Assembly: GCA_026710865.1 (NCBI GenBank)
Contig: JAPOQG010000049.1
Span: 1-52,580 of the forward strand
Length of the DNA stretch: 52,580 nt
Reading direction: 5' to 3'
DNA from: Acidimicrobiaceae bacterium
GTDB taxonomy: Bacteria; Actinomycetota; Acidimicrobiia; Acidimicrobiales; Aldehydirespiratoraceae
Below are positions 27,146 to 37,489 of this stretch, piece after piece; position 1 is the stretch's first letter, and every line of letters begins with the position of its first letter. The position numbers were made by a program, and so were the translations under genes. Under the pieces are notes generated by a model. The model had not been told where the DNA came from and searched no databases. It saw nothing but the letters and a program-made list of their open reading frames with translations.

Positions 27146-28678
27146 GTGCTGATTGTGAGTTGGTGGCTGTGGGCGCTGGCCGCGGTAGGCGCCGTGCTCA
27201 TCGTCACGACGGTCTACGACATGGCGCAGAAGCGCCACGCCATCCTGCGCAACTTCCCGATAATCGGCCATCTGCGCTACCTGCTGGAGTCGTTCGGCCC
27301 GGAGCTGCGCCAGTACATCGTCAGCGACAACGACGAGGAGCGGCCCTTCAACCGCAACCAGCGCCGCTGGGTGTACGCCACCGCCAAGCGGGAGAACCCG
27401 TACTTCGGGTTCGGCTCCGACAACCGGCTCGACGCCGACGGCTACGTCTTCTTCCGGCACTCGGCCTTCCCGGTCAGCTCCGACGTCGCCCACGGCGAGC
27501 TGCGGGCGGCCAAGGTGCTCGGAGCCTGGCGCAACCGGCCAAGGGCGTTCCGGCCCGCCTCGGTGGTGAACATCTCCGGCATGTCCTACGGCTCCCTGTC
27601 GGGTCCGGCGGTGGAGGCCCTCAACCGGGGCTCGGCCGTCGCCGGATGCCTGCACAACACCGGCGAGGGCGGGATCAGCGACTACCACCGCCACGGCGCC
27701 GACCTGGTGTTCCAGCTGGGCACGGGATACTTCGGCGCCCGCGACGCCGAAGGTCGCTTCTGCATGGACACCTTCCTGGCCAGCCTCGAGTCGGCCCCCG
27801 TCAAGGCGGTGGAGTTGAAGCTGAGCCAGGGAGCCAAGCCGGGCCTGGGCGGGGTGCTGCCCGCCGCCAAGGTCACGCCCGAGATCGCCGAGGCCCGGGG
27901 CGTGCCCGTGGGCGTCACCGTTCGCAGCCCCAACCACCACCCCGAGTTCGACGACGTGGCCGGCCTCGTCAGCTTCGTGGAGCGGATCGCCGAAGCCTCC
28001 GGGGTCCCGGTGGGCATCAAGTCGGCCGTCGGCGACCGCCGCTTCTGGGTGGAGCTCGCGCACCATATGTCCGACACCGGCCGGGGACCCGACTTCATCA
28101 CCGTCGACGGCGGCGAGGGCGGCACCGGCGCGGGACCGCTCACGTTCACCGACCACGTCTCGCTGCCCTTCCGGGTGGGCTTCTCGGAGGTCTACCAGGC
28201 CTTCGCGGAGGCCGACCTGCATGAGGCCGTCGTGTTCGCGGGCTCGGGCAAGCTCGGGCTGGCGCCCGACGCCATGGTGGCCATGGCCATGGGCGTCGAC
28301 CTGATCAGCGTCGGGCGGGAGGCGATGATGGCGGTCGGCTGCATCCAGGCCCAGCGCTGCCACAGCGGCCGCTGCCCGACCGGCGTGGCCACCCAGAGCA
28401 AGTGGCTGACCCGGGGGCTCGACCCGACCAGCAAGGCGGTGCGGGTGGCCAACTACGTGTCCGGGCTGCGCAACGAGTTGAGGATGCTGGCCGAGGCGAT
28501 GGGCGAGGAGCATCCGTCGCTGGTCGACCCGGCCGCGGTGGAGATGCGCATCCGCCGCGGAGAGCTGCTGCCGATTCTCGATGCCGTCGGCTACTCGGCC
28601 GCAGCCAAGGAGGCTCGCATCGCCCTGGGCGACGTGGCCCGGGAGGCCCGCATCTTCGCAGACTCGACGGGCTCGTAG
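27146..28678 (+). CDS. FMN-binding glutamate synthase family protein
   Basis: MSYGSLS, NTGEGG, KLSQGAKPGLGG, DGGEGGTGA, CIQAQRCHSGRCPTGVATQ. Confidence 0.93.
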   Translation: MLIVSWWLWALAAVGAVLIVTTVYDMAQKRHAILRNFPIIGHLRYLLESFGPELRQYIVSDNDEERPFNRNQRRWVYATAKRENPYFGFGSDNRLDADGYVFFRHSAFPVSSDVAHGELRAAKVLGAWRNRPRAFRPASVVNISGMSYGSLSGPAVEALNRGSAVAGCLHNTGEGGISDYHRHGADLVFQLGTGYFGARDAEGRFCMDTFLASLESAPVKAVELKLSQGAKPGLGGVLPAAKVTPEIAEARGVPVGVTVRSPNHHPEFDDVAGLVSFVERIAEASGVPVGIKSAVGDRRFWVELAHHMSDTGRGPDFITVDGGEGGTGAGPLTFTDHVSLPFRVGFSEVYQAFAEADLHEAVVFAGSGKLGLAPDAMVAMAMGVDLISVGREAMMAVGCIQAQRCHSGRCPTGVATQSKWLTRGLDPTSKAVRVANYVSGLRNELRMLAEAMGEEHPSLVDPAAVEMRIRRGELLPILDAVGYSAAAKEARIALGDVAREARIFADSTGS

Positions 28679-28680
28679 AG

Positions 28681-31593
28681 CTAGCTCTCGAGTTGCTGGA
28701 GCAGGCGGGCCAGGATCTCGTCCTGGCGGCGGCGCAGCTCGGCCAGCTCGTCGATCAGCTGCTGGGTCTCCGACGGGGTCAGCTCGCCCAGATCGACACC
28801 GGGCGTGCCCGAGACGGAGGGCGCGCCGTCACCGGTCGGATCGGCGAGGCCGGTGTCGCCCACCAGGGGCGCGTCGCCGTCGGTGACTATCGGGGGCAGC
28901 ACCACCCCTTCGAAGTCGACGCCCGGATAGAGCTTGCCGAGGGCCTCGCCCAGGGTCTTGCCCAGCGCGGTGCGATTGCCGACCGAGGCGATCACACCGG
29001 CAAGCAGCGGGATCTGGGTTCCCTGGGCCCGCACGTACATGGGACGCACGTACAGCACCGAGTCCTCGATGGGCAGCAGCAGCATGTCGCCGAAGTCGAC
29101 CTGCGAGCCCTGGTCGTTGAGCAGGGTCAACTCCCGGCTGATCTCAGGGTTGGTGGAGACGTTGGAGGCCACGATGGCCGGCCCCGGCGCCAGCAGGTTT
29201 GACATCTCGTAGGACACCAGCCGCGACGTGCCGTCGGAGCGGGTCTCGCCCACCATGAAGGCGGTCAGCTCCTTGCGGCTGTCGTCGTCGGAGGTGGGCA
29301 CGAACGAGCGCAGGGCCACGAACGACGCCTCCTCCTCGCCGGGGAGCTGGATCAGCGAGTAGTAGGCGGGCACGCGGCGCTCCCGGCTGGTCAGCAGACC
29401 CCGGTCCCCGACCACGGCCTCGGCGGTTCCGCCGGCCAGCACGCTGCGGCCCGGGTCCTGGGCCACCGCCCAGCGCTCGGTGCCGATGATCAGCGCCACG
29501 GGCTCCGACACCTGGTACGCCGCCCACATGTTGGTCTGCACGGTGAACAGGTCGGTCGGGAAGCGCAGATGGTCGCGCAGCCCGTCGGGCATCTCGGAGA
29601 AGTCGGTGAACAGGTCGGGGAAGGCCGACTGCCATGCCTCGATGATCGGGTCCCGCACCGGCATGACGTACAGCGTCACATCGCCGTCGTAGGCGTCGAC
29701 CACGGCCTTGACCGAGTTGCGGATGTAGTTGGCGCCCGAGCTGCCCAGTTCCGAGCCGATACCCAGACCGCTGACGTCGGCATGCTGGGAGTACGGGTAG
29801 CGGTCGGTGGTGGTGTAGGCGTCGAGCACGTAGTGGATACGGCCGTCGAAGACCACCGGGTAGGCGTCGGAGTCGAACTCCAGGAAGGGGGCGACGCTAT
29901 TGACCCGGTCCTGCGCGTCGCGGATGTAGATGATGCGGGTGTCGCTGCTCACGAAGTCGGAGATGAGCGGGTCGAGCTGCCCGAAGCGCAGCGCGAAGGC
30001 GCTCTGGCGCACGAACGACCCCATGCCGACGCCGCCCTCGCCGTCATAACGGAAGCTCTCCTCGTTGCCCTGGCCGTCCACGTAGTCGACCTCGTCGCGG
30101 GTGGCGCCCACCAGCGCGTAGCCCTCCAGATTCTCGCCGACGTATATCTGCGGCTCGTCGAGCGTCAAGCCGATGGCCGGGTCCACCTCGACGGGAAGGC
30201 CGCCGGTGATGAACACCGGGCTGCCCCGGACGTCGGTGACGTTGGCCCGGGCGACCGCGGCTCCGTAACCGTGGGTGATGGCCACGTGCCGGCGCTCCCA
30301 GGACCCCAGCTCGCCCAGGTTGAGCTCGCGGGCGGCCAGCACCACCTGGGTCAGCTCGCCGTCCACCTCGTAGCGGTCGACGTCGAGCACGTTCGAGAAG
30401 CGGTAGAAGTCGCGCTCGCCCTGGTCCTTCTCGAAGGTGTCGGTGAGGGTGAGCGGGTCGAGGATCCGGGCGTTCCGGACTGTCGCGGCCGCGGCGCGCA
30501 ACTGCGCAGGCGAGGGGTTCTCCGTGTAGTCGAACACTTCCAGGGACACATCGGCGTCGGGCACAAGCCCGTAGGCCGCTCGGGTGGCCTCGATGTTGCG
30601 GTCGGTGTAGACCGCCTCGCGGTCGGTGGTGTTGGGATCCACCTGGAACCGCTGCACGAACGCGGGGTACATGTTGCCCGCCACCAGCGCGGTGAAGGCC
30701 CACAGGACCACAGCCAGCACCGGCAGCACCCAGCCCCGGCGGCGCAGGTTCACCACCAGCAGGATCGCCGCGGCCAGCGAGATGAGCAGCAGCAGGTTGA
30801 GCGCGGGCAGCTTGGCCTTCACGTCGGTGTAGAGGGCGCCGTCGACCACGCCCCGGCCCGACACGGTCAGCTCGTAGCGGGACAGCCAGTAGTCGGCCGC
30901 CTTGACCAGCGCCAGCACAGCCAGGATGGCCGACAGGTGGACCTTCACCGACGGCAGCACCCGCTGCGCCCCGGGGGCGACCTGCAGCCTGATGCCGCCG
31001 TGGAGGTAGTGGCCGATGCCGACCACCACCAGCAGGATCATGATGGCGGCGAAGCCCCAGTTCACGAGGAACGACAGGAACGGGAGCCGGAAGACGTAGA
31101 AGCCGATGTCGGTGTTGAACAGCGGATCGGCTATCCCGAAGTCCTTGCGGTTGACGAAGAGCAGCCACTCCTCCCACTGGCTCGACACGCCCGACGCGGC
31201 CAGCAGCGAGAACAGCACCGACACCGCCAGGCGCACCAGCCGGGTGCGGCCCGACACCATGCCGTGGTAGCGGCTGAGGAGCTCCTCCTCGGGTCCGGGC
31301 GGGCGCACCTTGGGCGCGAGCCGCTCCACGATCGTCAGGTTGATCCAGATCAGGATGAAGAACGCGACCGCGAAGATCAGGAACAGTGCGACCTTGGCCA
31401 GCAGGACCCGCCCCCACACATCGGTCCGGTCGAGCGAGTCGAACCACAGGTAGTCGGTGTAGAAGCGGGCGATCCCCCGCAGCGACAGCAGCAGGACCAA
31501 CAGGCCGCCGGCTACCAGCAGCGCGACGATTCGGACTCTTCTATTGCCGAAACGCGGTCGGCCGCCGGAGGGAGGGGTTGAAACTGTGCGCAC
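28681..31593 (-). CDS. UPF0182 family membrane protein
   Basis: YTDYLWFDSL, DPLFNTDIGFYVFRLP, THGYG, YTTTDRYPYS, NYIRNSVKAVVDAYDG. Confidence 0.93.
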   Translation of the reverse strand: MRTVSTPPSGGRPRFGNRRVRIVALLVAGGLLVLLLSLRGIARFYTDYLWFDSLDRTDVWGRVLLAKVALFLIFAVAFFILIWINLTIVERLAPKVRPPGPEEELLSRYHGMVSGRTRLVRLAVSVLFSLLAASGVSSQWEEWLLFVNRKDFGIADPLFNTDIGFYVFRLPFLSFLVNWGFAAIMILLVVVGIGHYLHGGIRLQVAPGAQRVLPSVKVHLSAILAVLALVKAADYWLSRYELTVSGRGVVDGALYTDVKAKLPALNLLLLISLAAAILLVVNLRRRGWVLPVLAVVLWAFTALVAGNMYPAFVQRFQVDPNTTDREAVYTDRNIEATRAAYGLVPDADVSLEVFDYTENPSPAQLRAAAATVRNARILDPLTLTDTFEKDQGERDFYRFSNVLDVDRYEVDGELTQVVLAARELNLGELGSWERRHVAITHGYGAAVARANVTDVRGSPVFITGGLPVEVDPAIGLTLDEPQIYVGENLEGYALVGATRDEVDYVDGQGNEESFRYDGEGGVGMGSFVRQSAFALRFGQLDPLISDFVSSDTRIIYIRDAQDRVNSVAPFLEFDSDAYPVVFDGRIHYVLDAYTTTDRYPYSQHADVSGLGIGSELGSSGANYIRNSVKAVVDAYDGDVTLYVMPVRDPIIEAWQSAFPDLFTDFSEMPDGLRDHLRFPTDLFTVQTNMWAAYQVSEPVALIIGTERWAVAQDPGRSVLAGGTAEAVVGDRGLLTSRERRVPAYYSLIQLPGEEEASFVALRSFVPTSDDDSRKELTAFMVGETRSDGTSRLVSYEMSNLLAPGPAIVASNVSTNPEISRELTLLNDQGSQVDFGDMLLLPIEDSVLYVRPMYVRAQGTQIPLLAGVIASVGNRTALGKTLGEALGKLYPGVDFEGVVLPPIVTDGDAPLVGDTGLADPTGDGAPSVSGTPGVDLGELTPSETQQLIDELAELRRRQDEILARLLQQLES

Positions 31594-31599
31594 CGCCGA

Positions 31600-33246
31600 T
31601 CACGATACCGTCTCTGGCCAGCTAGCGGATAGGGCGGCTTCCGCAGCGGCCTCGGACCGGCGTGATCGCGACTCCCTGTAGATGGCCCGCACCGCCCGGG
31701 CGAGCTCGTCGGGGTCGTCGGTGCCCTCGACCAGATCGTTCAGGCGGGCCCGCACCGGCTCGACCAGAACCGACATGATCGCCGCGGTGGCCGCCTTCAT
31801 GTCGATGTCGTCGATACTGACGTCGATATCGGACGCGAAGTCCTGCAGCGGCTCGACGATGGCACGCCTGTAGGGGCCGGCGTCGGCGGAGAGGACATTG
31901 CGGGCGGCTCGGGACCCGCCGCGGCGGACCGCGTCCAGCAGCTCGCCCTGCTCGTCCACGACCAGCCGCTTGAGTCTGCGGGCGATTCCGCCCACGGCGA
32001 CGGCTCGGGCCGCGCCGACAAGGTCATCGGGCCCGGCGCCCTCGCCCGGTGCCGCGCCGAACGGCGGCTGTGCCGCCGATCCCTCGTCGGCGGCCGCATC
32101 GGACGGCGGCTCCGTCACGGGCTGGCTCGTGATCGACCGCAGGCGGGCGAATATCGCTCCCGCGTCCGCAGCGGCCTCAGGGGCTGCCTCGGGCTCCGCA
32201 GCCGGCTGCGGCTCGACTCCCAACTCCGGCTGGGGCATGGCACCGGGTGCGCCGTCGGACTCGAACCGGGGCTCGGCCTCCACGTCGTAGAGGCCGACCG
32301 CAGCGCGCTGCGACGGCTCCCGCGGCTTGTCCTTGTAGCCGACGATCTCCACATAGTCGCTGCGCCCGAAGTCAACGACCTCGTCGCCAGTGCGGGGAGC
32401 CTCTTCCTCCAGCTCATCCAGCTCCTCGAGTTCAGCCGGCGCGGCGGTCTCGACACTGCCGGCGTCAGCGGTCCGGACTTCAACGTCGGGATCCTCCGCG
32501 GGTTCCGAGGCGTCGGCGGCCTCATCCTCGCCGTCGGAGACGACCTCTTCGGGCTCTTCATCCGGGGGCAGCTCCGCAGCGCGGGCAGCCCGGATCTCCG
32601 CCTCCATCTCGCCGACGGTGGCCTCGGCCTCGGCCGCTACCAGCAGTCCTGCCCTCGCGGCGGCGGCCTCGGCTTGAGGACCCGCCTGCACGAAGTCCGC
32701 GATCCAACCGTCCAGCCCCTCGCGGCAGATCGACACCGCCTCCAGCAGGCGGTCTCGAATGACTCGGAGCTGGGTCACCTCGACCCGATGCGCATGGCGC
32801 TTGAAGGCCAAGTCCGAGAGGATCCGCTCCCTCACGTCGCGGGCCTCGGCCACGAGCTCACGGCCCTGCTCGCGGCTCTCCTCCACGATGGCGGCCGCGG
32901 CCGTCCTGGCGTCCGCGGTGATCTCCTCGCCCTGAGCATCGGCCCGCTCCAACCTCTCACGAGCCGCATCCCGGGCCGCCTGCAACACACGGGCCGCCTC
33001 GTCGCCCAGGGCCTCCACCACATGGGCCATCTCGATCTTCTCCGCCGGGGTTGACTCGAGCTCGACGATGCGCTGCTGGAGCGAGTCGACCAGACCATGG
33101 AGACGGCGAAGCTCCGACGCGGCCTCACGCAGCCGTCTGCGTACGGATTCCGGCTCGAAGCCGCGGCGGACGGTTCCAAAATCGGCGCGCTCGAGTTCCT
33201 CGGGGACGAGCCCGTCCACCGGATCCGATGCGTCGCCGTTTGCCAT
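31600..33246 (-). CDS. DivIVA-domain coiled-coil protein
   Basis: PEELERADFGTVRRGFEPESV N-terminal motif, then coiled coil and an acidic low-complexity region. Confidence 0.75.
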   Translation of the reverse strand: MANGDASDPVDGLVPEELERADFGTVRRGFEPESVRRRLREAASELRRLHGLVDSLQQRIVELESTPAEKIEMAHVVEALGDEAARVLQAARDAARERLERADAQGEEITADARTAAAAIVEESREQGRELVAEARDVRERILSDLAFKRHAHRVEVTQLRVIRDRLLEAVSICREGLDGWIADFVQAGPQAEAAAARAGLLVAAEAEATVGEMEAEIRAARAAELPPDEEPEEVVSDGEDEAADASEPAEDPDVEVRTADAGSVETAAPAELEELDELEEEAPRTGDEVVDFGRSDYVEIVGYKDKPREPSQRAAVGLYDVEAEPRFESDGAPGAMPQPELGVEPQPAAEPEAAPEAAADAGAIFARLRSITSQPVTEPPSDAAADEGSAAQPPFGAAPGEGAGPDDLVGAARAVAVGGIARRLKRLVVDEQGELLDAVRRGGSRAARNVLSADAGPYRRAIVEPLQDFASDIDVSIDDIDMKAATAAIMSVLVEPVRARLNDLVEGTDDPDELARAVRAIYRESRSRRSEAAAEAALSASWPETVS

Positions 33247-33354
33247 GGCTCCTCCGACGCGGCCCCCACCGCGTGAGCCGCGGACGGGACCAATCCTCAT
33301 GATCGTACGCCGAGCAGCCCTCCTGAACGACTATCCCGGCCGAGCGGGCCCGGC

Positions 33355-34548
33355 TCAGCCGTACAGGAGTCCTACGGGATCGCCTCCCTGGGCGGCCAAC
33401 GCCTCCAGCGCGTCGTCGAGGTTCTCGACCCCCACCACGGGGACGTCGCCCGCACCTGATCGAGCCTCGTCCACCAGAGCTGCCGGCACCATGATGATCT
33501 CGGCGCCCGCGTTCCGAGCCGCCACCGACTTCTGGGCCACCCCACCCACATCCCCGACCGAGCCGTCCAGGCGGATCGAGCCGGTGACCGCTACCCGCTT
33601 GCCCCCCGTCAGCTCGCCCGGTGTGAGCACGTCGAGCACCAGCAGGGTGAAGGCCAGACCGGCGGAGGGGCCTCCCACGTTGCCGGAGCTGATGTCGATC
33701 TCGAACGGGAGCGGGGACCGCTGGACCCGCTCGGTCACGCCGCTCACCCCGATGTAGGCCCCGCCGCTGTCGGGATGGGTGCCGAGCGTCACCCCGACGT
33801 CACGCCGCTCGCGGGTCTCGGAGTCCTCCACCGTGATGGTCGCCGTCGTTCCCGGATCCAGGCCGCCCAGCACCGCCAGCAGCGACGCGACGGTGGTCAC
33901 CGGCAGGCCGTCTATCGACAGGATCACGTCGGAGCTCGACAGCAGGCCGTCGGCAGGACCGCCCGCGACCGCCTCCACGAACAGCACGCCGGTGAAGTCC
34001 GCAGCGTGAACGCCGAGACGCTCCAGCGCCACGATCGTGGCCGTGTCCTTGGCGCTGCTCATCAAGTGCCGGTTGAGGTCGCGCTGCTCCTGGTTGGACC
34101 GGTCGCCGAACACCGACTCGCGGCTGCGCAACTCGACCGAGTCGTCGACCGCGGACCTGATCCAGTCGACGACGGTCAGCTCGTTGTCGATCGACACGGT
34201 GAGCAGCAGGATCTCTCCGCTGGACTCGTAGATGTCGATGCCGTCGGCTTCGATGCGGTTCGATGTGGTGAGGGCGGCGCCGGGCAGGAAGGCCACCGCC
34301 TCGGAGTCGACCACCGAGTGGCCGGGAATCACGCGCCCGGCCCACTGGGCCGGCACGAAGAAGGACGCGGCCGAGGCCGCCACCACCAGGACGAAGACCG
34401 CGCCCAGCAGCCACCACAGCCGGCGCCGGGGCCTGCGACGGCCGAACCGGCGCGTGGACCGCGTGGACCGGGATGGGGGCGCCGGAGTGCTCGGGGGGTT
34501 CGAGTCCGGCGCCGGGGAAGTCGGCGGTGGGGAAGCTAGCGTGGCCAA
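33355..34548 (-). CDS. PDZ domain + Lon-type S16 protease (YlbL-like)
   Basis: TM anchor, PDZ (GGPADGLL...DVILSIDG), VGGPSAGL, TGSIRLDGSVGDVGGVAQK. Confidence 0.9.
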   Translation of the reverse strand: MATLASPPPTSPAPDSNPPSTPAPPSRSTRSTRRFGRRRPRRRLWWLLGAVFVLVVAASAASFFVPAQWAGRVIPGHSVVDSEAVAFLPGAALTTSNRIEADGIDIYESSGEILLLTVSIDNELTVVDWIRSAVDDSVELRSRESVFGDRSNQEQRDLNRHLMSSAKDTATIVALERLGVHAADFTGVLFVEAVAGGPADGLLSSSDVILSIDGLPVTTVASLLAVLGGLDPGTTATITVEDSETRERRDVGVTLGTHPDSGGAYIGVSGVTERVQRSPLPFEIDISSGNVGGPSAGLAFTLLVLDVLTPGELTGGKRVAVTGSIRLDGSVGDVGGVAQKSVAARNAGAEIIMVPAALVDEARSGAGDVPVVGVENLDDALEALAAQGGDPVGLLYG

Positions 34549-34606
34549 CCGTCCAGTCGTCTTCGCTCAGGCGCCCTGGCGAGGCGCCGGACACCAAGGT
34601 ATCCCC

Positions 34607-34984
34607 ATGGCGACAGCCCCGACCACCGGCGAAGCCCCCCAGACAGCACCGGCAGGAGACGAGCGGCGGGCGCGGACCACCCGGTCGGCCCGGCAGCTCG
34701 CTCGGGCCGTCCTCCGGCTGGCGCGCCGAGCGCTGCGATCGGCGTGGGCGGCCCGGCCCCGCGGACGCGTCCGGCTGATCGACGTGCTGCGGCTTCTGGG
34801 GCTGGCCAGGCGGGCCGTGCCCCAAGCGGTAGTGGGACCGAAGGCCTACCCCCAGTGGTGGCAGCGCCTGCTGGCGCTGGTCGCGCTGGCCGGGCTGGTC
34901 GTGGCCATCGGCTTCGTGTTGGCGGCGGCCGTGGGCATCATGGTCGTGGTCGCCGGATTCCTGCTCGAGAACGCCATCTCATAG
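34607..34984 (+). CDS. Hypothetical membrane protein
   Basis: ATG 34607; long C-terminal hydrophobic segment; stop overlaps the next start. Confidence 0.6.
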   Translation: MATAPTTGEAPQTAPAGDERRARTTRSARQLARAVLRLARRALRSAWAARPRGRVRLIDVLRLLGLARRAVPQAVVGPKAYPQWWQRLLALVALAGLVVAIGFVLAAAVGIMVVVAGFLLENAIS

Positions 34985-35646
34985 TGGCCGAGGCGCCGGA
35001 GCCGCCCGAAGGGGCCGACGCCATGACGCGGCGCCGGGCGGCGGCCATGGCCGGCCACCGCGGTGACCGCGCCCGGGCCCGTGCCTACCTCGACGACGAC
35101 GAGGCGGCGGTCCGTGCCGGCGCGCTGCGGGCTCTGGAGCGGGCCGGCGGCCTCGACGCCGGTCGGCTGGCCGCGGCCCTCGAGGATCCCGCGCCCGCCG
35201 TGCGCATCACTGCGCTGGAGCTGGCTGCCAGCCGCGACGACGTGGCGGTCGGCGCGGCCGCGGCCCGACTGGACGACCCCGACCAGCGGGTGGTGGAGGC
35301 CGCGGCGTGGGCCTGCGGCGAGAAGGTCTCAGCTGTGGGCGCGGACCCGGTCGACCCGGCCCCGGTGGTGGCCGCGCTCACCCGGGTGGCCCGATCCCAC
35401 ACCGATCCGCTGTGCCGGGAGTCGGCCGTCGCGGCTCTGGGCGCGATAGCCCATCCCGACGGGCTGGCCGCGGTCCTCGCGGGGTTGGACGACAGGCCCG
35501 AGGTCCGTCGCCGGGCGGTGATCGCCCTCGCCCCCTTCGACGGCCCCGAGGTGGAGGCCGCGCTGGCCAAGGCCGGCAACGACCGGGACAAGCAGGTGAG
35601 GGCGGCCGTCACCGAACTGCGCGGCCCGGCCCCCGGCCCGGACTGA
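34984..35646 (+). CDS. HEAT-repeat domain protein
   Basis: Repeated D-x-x-x-x-VR-x-x-A helical units (DPAPAVR, DPDQRVV, DPLCRESA, DRPEVRRRA). Confidence 0.8.
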   Translation: MAEAPEPPEGADAMTRRRAAAMAGHRGDRARARAYLDDDEAAVRAGALRALERAGGLDAGRLAAALEDPAPAVRITALELAASRDDVAVGAAAARLDDPDQRVVEAAAWACGEKVSAVGADPVDPAPVVAALTRVARSHTDPLCRESAVAALGAIAHPDGLAAVLAGLDDRPEVRRRAVIALAPFDGPEVEAALAKAGNDRDKQVRAAVTELRGPAPGPD

Positions 35647-35649
35647 GAG

Positions 35650-36654
35650 CTAGTCGAAGTCGTCGCTGAAGATCGAGATGTCCATGCCGAGGTGCTCCAG
35701 GCAGCGGCCCGCTCCCCGGACCACCGTCTCCAGCGGCGCGTTGACCCGGCGGACCCGCAGCGACATCTCCCGCGACAGGCGTATGTCCATGCCCCTGAGC
35801 AGCCCTCCCCCGCCCACGAGATGGACGCCCCGGGCGATCAGGTCCTGGGCCAGCTCCGGCGGCGACTGGGACAGGCAGCTCAGCACCGAGTCGACCATGG
35901 CGCTCACCGGCTCCTCGATGGCCTTGCGGATCTCCTCGGGGGTGACCACCGTGGTCTTGGGCATGCCCGACATCAGCTCCCGGCCCCGGATCTCCGCGGC
36001 GGTCTCGTTGCGGGTGGCTGCCGCCGAGCCGACCACGATCTTGGTGTGCTCGGCGGTGGGCTCCCCGATGGCCATGCCGTACTCGCGTCTCATGTGGGCC
36101 TGGATGGTGTCGTCGATGTCGAACGAGCCCACCCTCACGGCCTCCAGGGCGACCACTCCGCCCAGGCTCAACAGAGCGGTCTCGGTGGTTCCGCCGCCGA
36201 TGTCCACCACCATCGACCCGACCGGCTCGTCGATGGGAAGACCGGCGCCGATGGCGGCGGCCAGGGGCTGATCGATCAGGCGCACCTCGATGGCGCCGGC
36301 CCGGCGGGCGGCCTCCATCACCGCCCGGCGCTCGACCGGCGTGATGGCCGAAGGCACGCACACCACGATGCGGGCCCGGTTGATGCGGCTGACCCCCACC
36401 TGCCTCAGCAGGATCCGGATCATGTCCTGAGTGATCTCGAAGTCGGTGATGGCGCCCTTGCGCAGCGGGCGCCGGGCCACGATGTACCCGGGCGTGCGGC
36501 CCAGCATCCGCCGGGCCTTGTGGCCCACCGCCAGCAGCTGGTTGGTGTTGGTGTTGAGGGCCACCACTGACGGCTCGTTCAGCACCACGCCCTGCCCGCG
36601 GGCGTACACAAGGGTGTTGGCCGTCCCGAGGTCGATGGCCAGGTCGCGGGGCAG
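35650..36654 (-). CDS. mreB: Rod shape-determining protein MreB-like
   Basis: DLAIDLGTANT, EPSVVA, VVDIGGGTT, VGGGGLL; the conserved N-terminus requires a start at CTG 36654. Confidence 0.9.
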   Translation of the reverse strand: MPRDLAIDLGTANTLVYARGQGVVLNEPSVVALNTNTNQLLAVGHKARRMLGRTPGYIVARRPLRKGAITDFEITQDMIRILLRQVGVSRINRARIVVCVPSAITPVERRAVMEAARRAGAIEVRLIDQPLAAAIGAGLPIDEPVGSMVVDIGGGTTETALLSLGGVVALEAVRVGSFDIDDTIQAHMRREYGMAIGEPTAEHTKIVVGSAAATRNETAAEIRGRELMSGMPKTTVVTPEEIRKAIEEPVSAMVDSVLSCLSQSPPELAQDLIARGVHLVGGGGLLRGMDIRLSREMSLRVRRVNAPLETVVRGAGRCLEHLGMDISIFSDDFD

Positions 36655-36657
36655 CGC

Positions 36658-36906
36658 TCAGCGCTCCTCGGCTGCGACCGGCGCGTCGGCGGTCGGATCG
36701 CCTTCGGAGTCGGGCGTCAGCGGATCGACCCTGGAGATGCCGCTGGCCGGTCCCACCGGGCGTCCCGAGGTGGGCGACACCGCCTCGAGCTGCTTCAGGT
36801 ACGAGGCGGGGCGGCGCCACGTGATCTTGCGGACCAGCCACAGCAGGGCAGAGCCGACGGTGGCCAGGCCGAGCGAGGCGAGGACCAGCAGAACGGAGCC
36901 CCTCAC
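36658..36906 (-). CDS. Small hypothetical membrane protein
   Basis: GTG overlapping the moaE stop (GTGA); N-terminal TM helix; fills the gap between moaE and mreB. Confidence 0.6.
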   Translation of the reverse strand: MRGSVLLVLASLGLATVGSALLWLVRKITWRRPASYLKQLEAVSPTSGRPVGPASGISRVDPLTPDSEGDPTADAPVAAEER

Positions 36907-37445
36907 CGGGCCGCCTCCGCCACCGACGGCGGGGTGCTTGGGGCCGCGGCCCCATCTCCGCCGCCGTCGAGTGAGGGCACACCGGCAATGTGCTGGGGCT
37001 CCAAGCCCCAGCTCTCCCCGCCCTGCCAACGCTCGCGCTTCCAGATCGGCACGGTGGACTTGAGCGTGTCGATGGCGAAGCGGGCCGCTTCGAAGGCCGC
37101 TTCCCGGTGGGGCGACGACACTGCGACCACCACCGCCGGATCGCCGACGGCCACACAGCCCACCCGGTGCAGCACCGCGATGCGGCCCAGGTCGTCCCAC
37201 CGCCGGCGCATCTCGGAGACGATGGCGTCCAGGCGGGGCCCCGCCACCTCGTCGTAGGCCTCGTACTCCAGCCGGTCCACCCCCGGGCGGTCGACGGAGT
37301 GGTCGCGGGCCGTTCCGCTGAACTGGACCACGGCCCCGCATCCAGGCATCACCACCCAATCGGCCACCTCCGAGGAGGGAAGCGGATCAGGTGACAGCCC
37401 TAGCCAGGTGTCGCCGTTGTCGGGGGGTGCCAGCACCGCCCTCAT
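36903..37445 (-). CDS. moaE: Molybdopterin synthase catalytic subunit MoaE
   Basis: GAVVQFSGTARD, LEYEAY, HRVG, SSPHREAAF, LKSTVPIWKRE. Confidence 0.95.
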   Translation of the reverse strand: MRAVLAPPDNGDTWLGLSPDPLPSSEVADWVVMPGCGAVVQFSGTARDHSVDRPGVDRLEYEAYDEVAGPRLDAIVSEMRRRWDDLGRIAVLHRVGCVAVGDPAVVVAVSSPHREAAFEAARFAIDTLKSTVPIWKRERWQGGESWGLEPQHIAGVPSLDGGGDGAAAPSTPPSVAEAAR

Positions 37446-37489
37446 CGTAGGTCACCCATCCCCCAAGCACGACCACGAGAAGAGTCCCC

